DNA of 64,000 bases from Limnothrix sp. BL-A-16. Its GTDB lineage: Bacteria > Cyanobacteriota > Cyanobacteriia > CACIAM-69d. Shown piece by piece: positions 10,966 through 21,750 of this stretch; position 1 is the stretch's first letter; each line of letters opens with the position of its first letter. A model generated the notes under the pieces. That model was given only the letters and a program-made list of their open reading frames with translations. It ran no database searches and was not told the origin of the DNA. The position numbers and the translations under genes were made by a program. The DNA lies in the NCBI GenBank assembly GCA_041937175.2, contig CP166615.1, positions 4,288,001 to 4,352,000 of the forward strand. The letters run 5' to 3'.

Positions 10966-11093
10966 TGAAATGATCAGTAGTGATCGGTGGCCGTAGGTTT
11001 GCTTGATTGATGTGGCTTAGTTAATGTGGCTTGGCTAATTTGCTGGGTTAATTGAGATGGTGGTGGGTTAATCAACGGCTGCATCAGGTTGCC

Positions 11094-11639
11094 TTAGTCA
11101 TCAAGCCAGAGGGCTGGATCTTGATGCAGGGCCAACAGGATCGATCGATGGGGTGTACCGATCGGGCGCATCTGTTGCAAACGGGGCGACCAACATTCCC
11201 CCGCTTCCAAGTCGGCGATCGTGCCCCAAGCCAAATCCTGCCCTTCGTTGAGTTCTAACTCCGTGAGCGGCACGGTCAGCAACCCATGGAAGAAAAAATG
11301 CTGGCGGCCGCTGTCTTGCAAGGTCGATCGAAACGGACTTAACCGGGGCGGCACAAAGCCAATTTCCTCTTGCAATTCCCGCCGCAGACCCGCTTCGGGC
11401 GCTTCGCCGGCCTCCAGGTGTCCGCCAAACAGGCCCCAGTGACCGGGATAGAGAATGTGGGGAAAATCATCCCGCAGTTGCAACAGGAATCGATCGCGCG
11501 AGGGAGGATAGAGCAACGCCAGGGCCACGGCTTCCATTCCTGATCCAGTGCCTGTTTCAGTACCTGGGGATGAACTGTCCCCGTTTGGCTCAGATCCTGA
11601 TGGGAATCTGGGGCTTGGGCTGGGGTCTGATGGACGCAT
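11094..11639 (-). CDS. NUDIX hydrolase
   Basis: Nudix box GGHLEAGEAPEAGLRRELQEEIG; LLQLRDD..I.YPG.WG. Confidence 0.88.
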   Translation of the reverse strand: MRPSDPSPSPRFPSGSEPNGDSSSPGTETGTGSGMEAVALALLYPPSRDRFLLQLRDDFPHILYPGHWGLFGGHLEAGEAPEAGLRRELQEEIGFVPPRLSPFRSTLQDSGRQHFFFHGLLTVPLTELELNEGQDLAWGTIADLEAGECWSPRLQQMRPIGTPHRSILLALHQDPALWLDD

Positions 11640-11646
11640 GGATAGT

Positions 11647-12078
11647 TCAAGGCTCCTCGATCGCGTAAAGTTCGCCCATCTCCTGCTGCCCCACTTGAAT
11701 CGGTTGATAGCGAAGCGAGGCCTTGAGTTTCACCACTTGCCCTAGCTCAAGCTCGGTTCGATCGCCCTGAGACAGCACCCAAATCCAGCCCGTTGGATCT
11801 TCAATTCGGTAAATGCGGCCGTCGAGCAGGGGCACCCGTTCGACGGCTTTGCCTTGGATGTAGACCGATCGCCCATTGAGCGACGAAGCCGGTTGTTGTT
11901 TTAACTCCCCGATCGCAACGGTTGGCGTGCAGCCCACCATTAACCAGGTGAACCCTAGAACTAACCCATGCCACCCCTTGTTTTTTTGTCCTTTTGGCCG
12001 TGGTGGAACGGGTGGAGCCAAACGCCGCAATATCTGAGACATGAGCTGCTGAGACATTGCCGGTATGGTGATTTTCAA
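11647..12078 (-). CDS. Hypothetical lipoprotein, probable OB-fold
   Basis: Hydrophobic stretch ending MVGC (lipobox-like); V.I.G.....VPLL...Y.I.D.TG.IWV pattern; start uncertain. Confidence 0.6.
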   Translation of the reverse strand: MKITIPAMSQQLMSQILRRLAPPVPPRPKGQKNKGWHGLVLGFTWLMVGCTPTVAIGELKQQPASSLNGRSVYIQGKAVERVPLLDGRIYRIEDPTGWIWVLSQGDRTELELGQVVKLKASLRYQPIQVGQQEMGELYAIEEP

Positions 12079-12291
12079 TCAGATCCTGTTGCTCGTTATG
12101 GTTGCGCAAGCGGGCCCTCAGTGACCACGATTCTTAACTTTAACTTTTGCATTGGCTGCTTCATGGGTTTTCACATGGGTTGACGAAGTCGTTGAGGTGC
12201 GGAAAATCCTTTAGATTTTGACGCTGAAATGGTCAAAACGCATGATCAATTCTTTACAGTTTGAAGCGTTCTTCCTAGAATTTCTCCCCTC

Positions 12292-13158
12292 ATGACTGCG
12301 CGCCTGCTGGACGGAAAAGCCCTTGCCGAGAAAATTCAAGATCGCCTGAAGGTGGAGATTGCGGAACTCCAGCCCGATCGGGGCCGTGCGCCGGGCCTAG
12401 CCGTGTTGATGGTCGGGGACAATCCCGCCAGCGCCGCCTATGTTCGCAACAAAGAACGGGCCTGCGAGCGTTTGGGTATGGTCTCCTTTGGTCAGCATCT
12501 GCCCGCCACGGCCACCCAAGCCGAACTAACCGCCATTATTCATCAGCTCAACGCCGATCCGAACGTGGATGGCATTTTGGTGCAACTGCCTTTGCCGGAA
12601 GGGCTGGATGGCAACGCCCTGCTGTTGGAAATTGACCCCGATAAAGATGCCGATGGGTTGCACCCGGCTAATTTGGGGCGGTTGGTGCGGGGTGAGCCTG
12701 GCCTGCGCAGTTGTACCCCGGCCGGCGTGATGGAAATTTTGCGAGATGGGGGCATTGATCCGGCTGGCAAAAAAGCCGTGGTGGTCGGCCGCAGCATTTT
12801 GGTGGGCAAACCGATCGCCCTGATGCTGTTGGAAGCCAACGCCACGGTTACGATCGCCCATTCGCGCACTCCGGACTTGGCGGCCGTTTGCCGAGAAGCC
12901 GATATTTTAGTGGCGGCGGTGGGACGGCCCCTGATGATTGGCCCTGACTACATCAAGCCTGGCGCGACGGTGATTGATGTGGGGATTAATCGGATTACCG
13001 ATCAGACCGGCAAGAGCAAGCTGGTGGGAGATGTGGATTTCGATCGCCTGTTGGATGTGGCCGGCGCAATCACGCCGGTTCCGGGTGGTGTGGGGCCCAT
13101 GACGGTGACCATGCTGCTGGCCAACACCGTGGAGAGCTATCGTCGCCGCCTGGCCTAG
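12292..13158 (+). CDS. folD: Bifunctional methylenetetrahydrofolate dehydrogenase/cyclohydrolase
   Basis: [44 protein letters not shown]. Confidence 0.97.
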   Translation: MTARLLDGKALAEKIQDRLKVEIAELQPDRGRAPGLAVLMVGDNPASAAYVRNKERACERLGMVSFGQHLPATATQAELTAIIHQLNADPNVDGILVQLPLPEGLDGNALLLEIDPDKDADGLHPANLGRLVRGEPGLRSCTPAGVMEILRDGGIDPAGKKAVVVGRSILVGKPIALMLLEANATVTIAHSRTPDLAAVCREADILVAAVGRPLMIGPDYIKPGATVIDVGINRITDQTGKSKLVGDVDFDRLLDVAGAITPVPGGVGPMTVTMLLANTVESYRRRLA

Positions 13159-13674
13159 CTGTCCCGACTAATTGTCCCGATCGCGCTCAGGGAATCTTCT
13201 GCATCTGAATGCCCTGGATCGGGATGCTCTGGATCGGGGCTTTCTTCATCCAACCGGCTGGGTTGAGATTCCCTTTGTCCAGTCGGCTGGATTGAACCGG
13301 CTGAGGATCTTTAGAAATGGGTCAGAGATTCTCTCGATCGCTGCGGTGGATCCAGACGGAATAGATTGATGAGTATCAGTTCAAGGATGGTTTGCAAAGG
13401 TTCACAAAACCTCTGGAATTGGCTGGAAATTCGCTCGAAATCAGCCCTAAATTCACTCAAAATCTGACTGAATCTGATCAGAATCCGGTCTGTCCCCTCG
13501 GGGCGATCCCCTCAGGCGGTACAATGCCCCTCAAACCAACTTCTGACGGTGGTGGTTGTGGTTCAGCGGTTGTTTTGCTAGGCCAAAAGCGCACCGTAAC
13601 CAGGCCGGATTCCGCCTGTGGCGGCGATCGGGTTCGGTAAGGAAGATTTCTTGCTGTTCTGTTGTGCTTGTCCC

Positions 13675-14592
13675 ATGACCGCTAGCGCGCCTACTGCTCC
13701 CTCGACGGGCTTTGATCTCAAAGGCTATCTTCGCGAACGTCAAGCTTTGGTTGAGGCCGCCCTCGATCGATCGATCTCGGTGGTCTATCCCGAAACCGTT
13801 TATGAGTCGATGCGCTATTCCCTGATGGCGGGGGGCAAGCGGCTGCGACCGATTCTGTGTTTGGCGGCCTGTGAGCTGGTGGGCGGGGCGATCGAATCGG
13901 CCATGCCCACGGCCTGTGCCCTGGAGATGGTTCACACCATGTCACTGATTCATGACGATTTGCCGTCCATGGATAACGACGATTTTCGGCGCGGCAAACC
14001 CACGAACCACAAAGTTTATGGGGAACCGGTGGCGATTTTGGCCGGGGATGGGCTGTTGGCCTATGCCTTTGAATTTGTGGCAACTCAAACCCAAGGTGTG
14101 CCGGCCGATCGAGTGGTGCGGGCGATCGCCCTGCTAGGAAAATCCGTTGGGGCCGCCGGCCTGGTGGGTGGTCAAGTGGTAGACCTGGCCAGCGAAGGCA
14201 ACCCGAACATTTCCCTCGACACCCTGCACTTTATCCATCGCCACAAAACCGCAGCCCTGTTGGAAGCCTGTGTGACCACCGGGGCCACGATTGCCGGAGC
14301 CGATGAAGCCACCGTGGGCAAACTGGCGCAATATGCCCAGGACATTGGTTTAGCTTTCCAGATTGTGGATGACATCCTCGATGTGACTGCCACCACGGAG
14401 GAGCTGGGCAAAACCGCCGGGAAGGACACCGCCGTGGAAAAAGCCACTTTCCCGAAACTCTACGGCTTGGATCGATCGCGCGAAATGGCCAAAGAATTGA
14501 TCGATCGCGCCAAGGCCAGCTTGAACGAATTCGGCACGGCCGCTGCCCCCTTGCAAGCCCTGGCTGATTACATCGTCAGCCGCAAAAACTAG
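13675..14592 (+). CDS. crtE: Geranylgeranyl diphosphate synthase
   Basis: [25 protein letters not shown] and FQIVDDILD motifs; ATG at 13675. Confidence 0.95.
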   Translation: MTASAPTAPSTGFDLKGYLRERQALVEAALDRSISVVYPETVYESMRYSLMAGGKRLRPILCLAACELVGGAIESAMPTACALEMVHTMSLIHDDLPSMDNDDFRRGKPTNHKVYGEPVAILAGDGLLAYAFEFVATQTQGVPADRVVRAIALLGKSVGAAGLVGGQVVDLASEGNPNISLDTLHFIHRHKTAALLEACVTTGATIAGADEATVGKLAQYAQDIGLAFQIVDDILDVTATTEELGKTAGKDTAVEKATFPKLYGLDRSREMAKELIDRAKASLNEFGTAAAPLQALADYIVSRKN

Positions 14593-14634
14593 CAACCACG
14601 AGGGCGATCGGCACCGGTTTTCCCGCCCGACTTG

Positions 14635-14659
14635 GTAGACAAGGGGCTTAAGCCCCTTG
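14635..14659 (+). repeat. GTAG-headed REP-like hairpin (class 3)
   Basis: GTAGA-CAAGGGGCTTAAGCCCCTTG, a perfect palindrome after GTAG. Confidence 0.7.
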
Positions 14660-14753
14660 CCCCCGTCGGATTAGCCCCCTGGCTTGTCGGATTTGCTCCT
14701 CGCGATCGCTTCCTCACCCACCGTCCCCAACTCGATCGCCCCCCGCTCGACCC

Positions 14754-15212
14754 ATGGACGACTTTAGCCACATTCTCGATAACCGCATTCTCCTGGTCTC
14801 CTTGGGGTCTTGCATCCTGGCCCAGGCCATCAAGCTGGTGGTGGAACTTGCTCGCCAGCGGAAATTTGACGTGCGCACCCTGGTGACCACGGGTGGGATG
14901 CCCAGTGCCCACTCCGCCCTCGTGGCCGCCCTGGCCACGGGCATTGGCCAAACCGTGGGCTGGAGCAGCATTGAATTTGCCATGGCCACCATCTTCGCGA
15001 TCATCGTCATGTACGATGCCGCCGGGGTGCGCCGAGCCGCCGGTAAACAGGCCGCCGTCTTGAACCAAATCATTGATGAGTTTTTTGAAGGCGATCACCA
15101 ACTCAGTGAAGAACGCCTGAAGGAACTGCTGGGCCACACGCCGTTTCAGGTGATTGTGGGCTGCGCCTTGGGCATTGTCTGCTCCCTATCGTTGGTTCCC
15201 AGTATTTCCTAA
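14754..15212 (+). CDS. Divergent PAP2 family protein (DUF212)
   Basis: GGMPSAHSA, VMYDAAGVRRAAG and LKELLGHTP; follows crtE as is usual in cyanobacteria. Confidence 0.92.
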   Translation: MDDFSHILDNRILLVSLGSCILAQAIKLVVELARQRKFDVRTLVTTGGMPSAHSALVAALATGIGQTVGWSSIEFAMATIFAIIVMYDAAGVRRAAGKQAAVLNQIIDEFFEGDHQLSEERLKELLGHTPFQVIVGCALGIVCSLSLVPSIS

Positions 15213-15228
15213 GTCAAGACAGATCCGG

Positions 15229-15256
15229 GTAGGGGCGTACGGCCGTACGCCCCTAC
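15229..15256. repeat. GTAG REP (class 1), perfect 28-bp palindrome
   Basis: GTAGGGGCGTACGGCCGTACGCCCCTAC; matches the REPs flanking the RAYT at 31.7-32.6 kb. Confidence 0.85.
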
Positions 15257-15381
15257 CTACAAGGTTGGTTCTATGTCCCATCGGATCGATCGAGCAAGGG
15301 GCCTCGGGGCGATCGCCAAAACCCGGTACAATAGCTCGGTTAATCTCTTCACGGTGTTCTGGCAACATCGCAACGACGGGC

Positions 15382-16677
15382 ATGATCGACCGCTACACGC
15401 TGCCTGAGATGGGCAATCTCTGGACGGACGCATACAAGCTACAGACCTGGCTGCAAGTGGAAATTGCAGTCTGCGAAGCCCAAGCAGAACTGGGATACAT
15501 CCCTGCCGAAGCCGTCGAAGAGATCAAAGCGAAAGCTAACTTTGACCCCCAGCGCGTTCTGGAAATTGAAGCGGAAGTGCATCACGACATGATCGCCTTC
15601 CTGACCAATGTGAATGAGTACGTGGGCGACGCGGGTCGCTACATTCACTTGGGCTTAACCAGTTCCGACGTGTTGGACACGGCGTTGGCCCTGCAATTGG
15701 TGGCCAGCATCGATACGCTGCTGAAGCGGGTGGAATCGCTGATCCAAGCCCTGCGCTACCAAGCCCAGGAACACCGCAACACGATTTGTATTGGCCGCAG
15801 CCACGGGATCCACGCGGAGCCGATGACCTTTGGTTTCAAGCTGGCGGGCTGGCTGGCGGAAATGTTGCGCAACCGCGATCGGCTCGTGCAATTGCGCGAT
15901 CGGGTGGCTGTGGGTAAAATTTCCGGCGCAGTGGGAACCTATGCCAACATTGATCCGCGTGTGGAATCCTTGGCCTGTAAGCTGCTGAGTCTGGAACCGG
16001 ACACGGCTTCCACTCAGGTGATTTCGCGCGATCGCCATGCGGAATATGTGCAGACCTTCGCGCTGGTGGCCGCTTCCCTGGAGCGGTTCGCCGTGGAAAT
16101 CCGCAACCTGCAACGCACCGACGTGCTGGAAGTGGAGGAATTTTTCGCCAAGGGTCAAAAAGGCTCCTCGGCCATGCCCCACAAACGCAACCCGGTGCGA
16201 TCGGAGCGAATTACCGGGATGGCAAGGGTGATTCGCGGCCATGCCGTGGCGGCCCTGGAAAACGTGGCCCTCTGGCATGAGCGGGATATTTCCCACAGTT
16301 CCGTGGAGCGGACAATTCTGCCCGACTCGTCCATTTTGCTGCACTTTATGGTGGTGGAAATGACCAATTTGGTGAAAAACCTGTTGGTTTATCCCGAAAA
16401 CATGAAGCGCAACATGAACTGCTATGGCGGTGTGGTTTTCAGCCAAAAGGTGCTGTTGGCCTTGGTGAAAAAAGGCTTGACCCGCGAGGATGCCTACGCG
16501 GCTGTGCAGGGCTGTGCGCACCAAGCTTGGAACAATGAAAGTGGCGATTTCTATAAGCTTATTTGCCAAGATGCCACGGTGAAATCTCTCCTGTCCCAAG
16601 AGGAAATTGATGAGTGCTTTGATCCGCAACAGCACTTGCGCAATTTGGATGTGATTTACCAACGTTTGGGCATCTAA
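15382..16677 (+). CDS. purB: Adenylosuccinate lyase
   Basis: MIDRY start, HLGLTSSD, GRSHGIHAEP, GSSAMPHKRNP. Confidence 0.97.
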   Translation: MIDRYTLPEMGNLWTDAYKLQTWLQVEIAVCEAQAELGYIPAEAVEEIKAKANFDPQRVLEIEAEVHHDMIAFLTNVNEYVGDAGRYIHLGLTSSDVLDTALALQLVASIDTLLKRVESLIQALRYQAQEHRNTICIGRSHGIHAEPMTFGFKLAGWLAEMLRNRDRLVQLRDRVAVGKISGAVGTYANIDPRVESLACKLLSLEPDTASTQVISRDRHAEYVQTFALVAASLERFAVEIRNLQRTDVLEVEEFFAKGQKGSSAMPHKRNPVRSERITGMARVIRGHAVAALENVALWHERDISHSSVERTILPDSSILLHFMVVEMTNLVKNLLVYPENMKRNMNCYGGVVFSQKVLLALVKKGLTREDAYAAVQGCAHQAWNNESGDFYKLICQDATVKSLLSQEEIDECFDPQQHLRNLDVIYQRLGI

Positions 16678-16776
16678 ATTTCCATTTGAAAACGTTGAAC
16701 CCAATCGATCGAGACCATTGCCTACCGGCTCCGGTCTCGATTTTGGTTTGGGCAATTTTCAACGCGATCGCCCATC

Positions 16777-17493
16777 ATGGAATCGATCGCGTTGAAGTTG
16801 GGGGGCGCAATGGATCTGGAAAGTTGGTTAACCTACGGGGCCATGGGATTAGCGGCGGCAATTGCGCCGGTTTGGTGGTTTGTGGCCACCTCGGCGGGAA
16901 CCCAGTCCGCCGCGATCGTGGCGGCGGGTTTGGGCGGGGCGATCGCGCTGTTGGTGTTGCTGTGGTGGTGGATGCAGCGGCGGCGATCGGCTAGCTACGG
17001 GTCGTATTCTTTGAATTACCGTTCGAGTTCTTCTGGATCGAGCCGATCGGCCCTTCAAAACCCGATCGATTCCCGGCCCCTTAATCAGGATCAGGTGATT
17101 GATGCGGTGGGCGAGGCGGCTGAGATTGTGGTGAATGAGGCGATCGAAGAGTTGGCTGAAATTGCGAGCCAGCAAATTCAGGATTGGATTGAGGAGAAGA
17201 CCGCCGAACCGGAACCGATCGCGGCGGAGTCGGGCAATTTTGCAGATATTTTTGAGGCGGCGGAATCAGCGGCTGATCATGGCGGGGCGATCGAGCCTGA
17301 CAGCTCCAGCGACTATTACAGCAGTGATTCTAGTTGGAGTTCCAGCGACTATTCAAGTGATAGTTCGAGTGATTATTCCAGCAGTTCCAGTGATTACTCC
17401 AGTAGTGATTCCGGCTGGAGTTCTAGTGACAGTTCCAGCGACTATTCCAGCAGTGACTCCGGTAGTGATTCCGGCTGGAGTTCTAGCGATTAA
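16777..17493 (+). CDS. Hypothetical membrane-anchored protein with acidic Ser/Asp-rich low-complexity tail
   Basis: Two N-terminal hydrophobic segments, acidic middle, C-terminal repeats such as SSSDYSSSDSGW; start uncertain (alternative ATG at 16810). Confidence 0.7.
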   Translation: MESIALKLGGAMDLESWLTYGAMGLAAAIAPVWWFVATSAGTQSAAIVAAGLGGAIALLVLLWWWMQRRRSASYGSYSLNYRSSSSGSSRSALQNPIDSRPLNQDQVIDAVGEAAEIVVNEAIEELAEIASQQIQDWIEEKTAEPEPIAAESGNFADIFEAAESAADHGGAIEPDSSSDYYSSDSSWSSSDYSSDSSSDYSSSSSDYSSSDSGWSSSDSSSDYSSSDSGSDSGWSSSD

Positions 17494-17588
17494 TGCTGAT
17501 CTAAATCGATCAACTTTCTCGAAATTTGTGATGGAAAATTGTGAAAGAAAACTGATAACAATCCAAGCCCACAAAAAATGATTTTTGG

Positions 17589-17616
17589 GTAGGGGCGCAA
17601 GGTGCTGCGCCCTCCG
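17589..17616 (+). repeat. GTAG REP (class 1 variant)
   Basis: GTAGGGGCGCAAGGTGCTGCGCCCTCCG, with a covarying stem. Confidence 0.75.
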
Positions 17617-17643
17617 CGAATGTTGATTCGTTGATGCCCGATC

Positions 17644-17680
17644 AAAAACCCCCGCGATCGCACTAGTTGATCGCAGGGGT
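17644..17680 (-). terminator. Probable intrinsic terminator of htpG
   Basis: Stem ACCCCCGCGATC/GATCGCAGGGGT with an A-tract (U-tract on the minus strand) just after the htpG stop. Confidence 0.6.
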
Positions 17681-17704
17681 GATTGGTCTGACGAGAAACC
17701 GAAT

Positions 17705-19681
17705 CTATTGCTTCGTCAGTTGGGTTAGCACTTGGTTCGATCGCGACACAAAGGACTTCATCCCCTCCGCGTCAAAACCCTTTTGCGCCATCAATGCCAG
17801 GTCGTAGATGTGGTTGCAAAGCATCTTGCCCAGTTCCGAGGCAGGCGATTGGCTGCCATCGGCCAGGGCGATCGAGCCGCCGCTCACGTTCAGCAGGTTT
17901 TCCACCAACGGGTGCGACGAGTTCACCAGCAACACATGGGTATCGGGGAAGCTAGCGGCCTTGCCTTCAAACATGGCCGTCATATCTTGAATGCGGCGCA
18001 TTGCTTCCGGCAACAAAACCATAGCAGGCGGTGCCGATTCTTCCGCTTTCAGGGCTTCCACGCGCACCGTGACGCTCGGTTTGCCCAGGGCTTCTTCAAA
18101 CAGCTTCTTGATCCGATCGCTGCGGGTTTCGTTGGTGTTGGGGTCAACAATTTCCGACTCTTTCTTGGAAGAATCCAGCAGTGCTTCATCAATTTCTGAA
18201 TCCACCCGCGAGAACTTTACGTCGGAATATTCCCGCTCCAGGAAGCTGACAAAATGCGTGTCGATGAATGAGTCGAGGAATAGCACTTCTAGACCCTGGC
18301 TCTTGTGCAATTCCACATAGGTGGCCTGCGAAGCCGGATCGGTGCAATAGAACACGCGGTTTTCGTGTTTTTCCTGGTTCCGTTCTAGGTATTCCTTCAG
18401 GGTGGTGTAGTAGAACCCATTGGCATCTTTGGCTTCTTGGGTGTCGGCGGGGTTCGACCAAGCATCGCCCTCTTCCGTTTGCACTTCCACCTGCACCGCA
18501 TCGCTACCGCTGCCCAATTCCGCCGTGGTGCGATAGATCAAGATCTCTTCCACTTGCTTCTTAAACTTGTCATCGTTCAAGGAGCCAAACTTCACAAACG
18601 TGCCCAAATCTTGCCAGCAGCGGATGTATTCGGGCTTGTCGCTGCGGTAGAGATCCTTCAGTTGGTCGCCGACTTTTTTGGCGATGTAGTTGGCAATTTG
18701 GCGAACGGTGCGATCGGCTTGCAAATAGCTACGCGACACGTTCAAGGGGATGTCGGTGCTGTCGATTACACCGCGCAGGGGCAACAGGAATTTGGGGATA
18801 ACTTCTTCGCAGTTATCGCTGACAAACACCTGATTGCAGAATAGTTTGATGTCGCCCTTGGTGGGGTCAACGTCCGGCTTCAGTTTCGGGAAATAGAGAA
18901 TCCCATTGATCACAAAGGGATAGTCGGTGTTCAGATGAATCCACAACAGCGGTTCATCTTGGAAGGGGTAAAGGTAGCGATAAAACTCGAGGTAGTCGTC
19001 CTTGGTTAGGTTGCTGGGTGACTCTTTCCAAGGGGCTTTTTGGCGGTTAACTTGTTCCCCATTCAGTTCGATCGGGTAGGGCATGAAGTCGCAGAACTTC
19101 TTCACCAAACCGCGAATCCGCGCTTCTTCTAAATACTCGGCTTCTTCCTCAAGCAGGGTGAGGGTAATCGTCGTGCCGCGCTCGGTGCGATCGCTCGTGT
19201 CGATTTCAAATTCCGTGGAACCGTCGCAAGTCCAGTGAACAGCCTGCGCACCCTCCTGGTAAGACAGGGTATCGATTTCCACGGTGCTGGAGACCATGAA
19301 CGCCGAATAGAAACCCAAGCCAAAGTGACCAATGATATTCTGATCAGAATTCTTGAATTTCTCGACGAATTCTTCGGCGCTGGAGAAGGCGACTTGGTTG
19401 ATATATTTCTCGATTTCCTCAGCGGTCATGCCGATGCCGGTGTCGGTAATCGAGAGTTTCTTATTGTCTTTGTCGATTGCGATCGTGATTTTCGGTTCAC
19501 CCACATCGGCGCTGGTTTCGCCCATCATGGCGATCGCCCGCAGCTTAGAAATCGCATCCACGGCGTTGGAAATCAACTCCCGCAGAAAGATTTCATGCTC
19601 CGAGTAAAGCCACTTTTTGATAATCGGAAAAATATTTTCGGTGTGAACCGTGATATTGCCTTTCTTTAGCACGCTGCTCAT
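17705..19681 (-). CDS. htpG: Molecular chaperone HtpG (Hsp90)
   Basis: IFLRELISNAVDA, DTGIGMT, IIGHFGLGFYSAF, DIPLNVSRS. Confidence 0.97.
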   Translation of the reverse strand: MSSVLKKGNITVHTENIFPIIKKWLYSEHEIFLRELISNAVDAISKLRAIAMMGETSADVGEPKITIAIDKDNKKLSITDTGIGMTAEEIEKYINQVAFSSAEEFVEKFKNSDQNIIGHFGLGFYSAFMVSSTVEIDTLSYQEGAQAVHWTCDGSTEFEIDTSDRTERGTTITLTLLEEEAEYLEEARIRGLVKKFCDFMPYPIELNGEQVNRQKAPWKESPSNLTKDDYLEFYRYLYPFQDEPLLWIHLNTDYPFVINGILYFPKLKPDVDPTKGDIKLFCNQVFVSDNCEEVIPKFLLPLRGVIDSTDIPLNVSRSYLQADRTVRQIANYIAKKVGDQLKDLYRSDKPEYIRCWQDLGTFVKFGSLNDDKFKKQVEEILIYRTTAELGSGSDAVQVEVQTEEGDAWSNPADTQEAKDANGFYYTTLKEYLERNQEKHENRVFYCTDPASQATYVELHKSQGLEVLFLDSFIDTHFVSFLEREYSDVKFSRVDSEIDEALLDSSKKESEIVDPNTNETRSDRIKKLFEEALGKPSVTVRVEALKAEESAPPAMVLLPEAMRRIQDMTAMFEGKAASFPDTHVLLVNSSHPLVENLLNVSGGSIALADGSQSPASELGKMLCNHIYDLALMAQKGFDAEGMKSFVSRSNQVLTQLTKQ

Positions 19682-19775
19682 AGGAAACGGCTGGTTGGTG
19701 TAGGGAATTGGGACGGCCCTAGGCTAGCGCGATCGCCCCGTGATCTGAAATTTCGGATTTCCCTACCCGTCCGGT

Positions 19776-20894
19776 TTAGGGGCTGGTTTGGGCGATCGCC
19801 TCGCGGATCAATTGCGCCGTCGCCGGAGCCAGCAGCACGCCGTTGCGATAGTGACCGGTGGCGAGCCAACTGTTGGCGTTCAGCGGTTCAATCACCGGAG
19901 CCGATCGCTCCACGGGGCGGGGCCGCAAACCCGACCAGGTTTCGATGATTTCCGCCTGGGCCAGGGCAGGAACCAGGCCGATCGCCCCTTGCCGCACCAA
20001 TGCCCACTCGGCCCCGTTGGCAACCACCGGCTCGGCCCCGGCGGGAAACTCCACCGTCGCCCCCACCCAATAGTCCCCGCCACCGAGGGGCACGATATGA
20101 ATATCGTTGCCGGTCAGCACGGGTTCCGGGCGATCGCTCAGGGGGCGCGGCAACCGCAACCGCTGGGCTTGACCCAACACCGGCTGCAACTTCAGGGGCT
20201 TGGCTGCTCCCGGGGCGATCGCCTGGGCTAATGCTGCCGACCCCAACCCAGCCGCCACCACCAGCCGATCGCAAGCCAGCTCCCCTGCCGTGGTGGTCAG
20301 GCTAACAACGCGATCGCCCACCGTCTGCACGTTCGTGACCTGGGCTGGGGCGATCGTGGCTCCCCGTTTCACCGCCGCTTCTCGCAGGGCGATCGTCAAG
20401 GCCAGGGGATGCACCTGCCAATCCTGGGGCGAAAACACCCCAAACGCCACCCCATCCATGGCGGCTAAATTCACCGATGGGAACCGATCGCCCACCGCTG
20501 AAGGTGACAGCAACTCTAGCGAGAATCCCTGGGATTTCCGTAGTTCTGCCAGCCCTTCCCATCCGGGGCGATCAGCTTCGTTAAAAACCAGTTTCAGGAT
20601 GCCGTTTGGATTGTGGGGAATCGGGCGATCGAGCAGAGTTTCTAGTTCTTGAATCAGGTGTGGATAGCGTTGAATACTGTTGCAACGCAGCTTCCAAGCC
20701 CGCCCCTTGGTTTTCTTGCTGATCGCGCCCATCAACACCCCCAGGGCGGCTCCTGTAGAAGTGGGGCGATCGGGGGGCAACGGCGAGGCGATCGCCTGAG
20801 GGTCAATCAGCGTAATTTGCCAGTCGGGCTGCCCGCTCAGTTCGTAGGCAATCATTGCCCCGACAATACCCCCACCCGCGATCGCAATCTTCAT
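19776..20894 (-). CDS. FAD-dependent oxidoreductase (glycine oxidase/DAO family)
   Basis: IAGGGIVG, TGAALGVL, WSGLRPRP, ATGHYRNGVLLAPATA. Confidence 0.88.
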   Translation of the reverse strand: MKIAIAGGGIVGAMIAYELSGQPDWQITLIDPQAIASPLPPDRPTSTGAALGVLMGAISKKTKGRAWKLRCNSIQRYPHLIQELETLLDRPIPHNPNGILKLVFNEADRPGWEGLAELRKSQGFSLELLSPSAVGDRFPSVNLAAMDGVAFGVFSPQDWQVHPLALTIALREAAVKRGATIAPAQVTNVQTVGDRVVSLTTTAGELACDRLVVAAGLGSAALAQAIAPGAAKPLKLQPVLGQAQRLRLPRPLSDRPEPVLTGNDIHIVPLGGGDYWVGATVEFPAGAEPVVANGAEWALVRQGAIGLVPALAQAEIIETWSGLRPRPVERSAPVIEPLNANSWLATGHYRNGVLLAPATAQLIREAIAQTSP

Positions 20895-21011
20895 GCGTCA
20901 GCCCTGACAATTCCATTACAATATTTTTATCTCAGGTCACTGCCAAATAACTGAAAATTGCTTCTCAAATTCAAATTCCTGAATTAATTCTTGGGTAAAG
21001 GCTAATTTGAA

Positions 21012-21362
21012 ATGCTAAAAATAACAGAAGCCAGACAACAAAAGTCTCAGCAGGTTTGTAGTAAAGCTCAAGTTTTGACATTGCTACAAGAGCATCAGCA
21101 GGAACTAGAGCGGCTGGGGGTAGACCGCTGCGGTGTTTTTGGTTCCTTTGCGCGAGATCGTGAAATTCATGATGCGAGTGATGTTGATATTTTGGTGACC
21201 TTTAAGCCGGAGCAAAAAACGTTTGACAACTTTATGGCGTTATCTTTCTTCTTGGAAGATCTATTCGGAAGGGCGATCGATTTAGTAACCATCGAATCGC
21301 TCAGTCCCTATATTGGCCCTCGCATCTTGGAAGAAGTTGAATATGTCTCGTTCTGCTCGTGA
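21012..21362 (+). CDS. Minimal nucleotidyltransferase (MntA-type antitoxin)
   Basis: FGSFAR...SDVDILV motif, LEDLFGR.IDLVT; overlaps the downstream HEPN gene. Confidence 0.88.
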   Translation: MLKITEARQQKSQQVCSKAQVLTLLQEHQQELERLGVDRCGVFGSFARDREIHDASDVDILVTFKPEQKTFDNFMALSFFLEDLFGRAIDLVTIESLSPYIGPRILEEVEYVSFCS

Positions 21363-21684
21363 ATACTTACAGCATATTATTGATGAAACAAGCTATCTAA
21401 TCTTAACCTCGCAAGGTCTCAGTCAAGATGAATTCACCCAAAATGAGACATTAAAGCGAGCTTATGCACGTAGCCTTGAAATTATTGGTGAAGCAGTCAA
21501 GTATTTGCCGGATGAAGTCCGTCAGCAGCATTCAGGTATTGATTGGCGAGCAATTGCGGGAATGCGCGATCGCTTGATTCACCATTACTTTGGAATTGAT
21601 TATGATATTGTTTGGGATGTCGTGATCAATAAAGTGCCTCAGTTAGACGCAGAAATTCGGGAAATTCTGAATGATATTTCCTGA
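21343..21684 (+). CDS. HEPN/DUF86 ribonuclease (HepT-type toxin)
   Basis: LEIIGEA, W..IAGMRDRLIHHY (RX4HXY); ATG at 21343. Confidence 0.9.
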   Translation: MSRSAREYLQHIIDETSYLILTSQGLSQDEFTQNETLKRAYARSLEIIGEAVKYLPDEVRQQHSGIDWRAIAGMRDRLIHHYFGIDYDIVWDVVINKVPQLDAEIREILNDIS

Positions 21685-21750
21685 TCGACTAACTTCTAAA
21701 AACTTTTGCTGCCAATCCCTATACTTCAAAATCTAATATCCTAAAAAACT

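Noticed and set aside
13159..13674. Intergenic 15-bp tandem duplication (13209-13238) and small palindromes
   Set aside because: Local slippage-type duplications with no array structure; similar ones occur near 484, 11009 and 59631
15154..15381. N-terminal extension of the purB ORF
   Set aside because: It runs through a REP palindrome and overlaps the upstream gene; the canonical start is MIDRY at 15382
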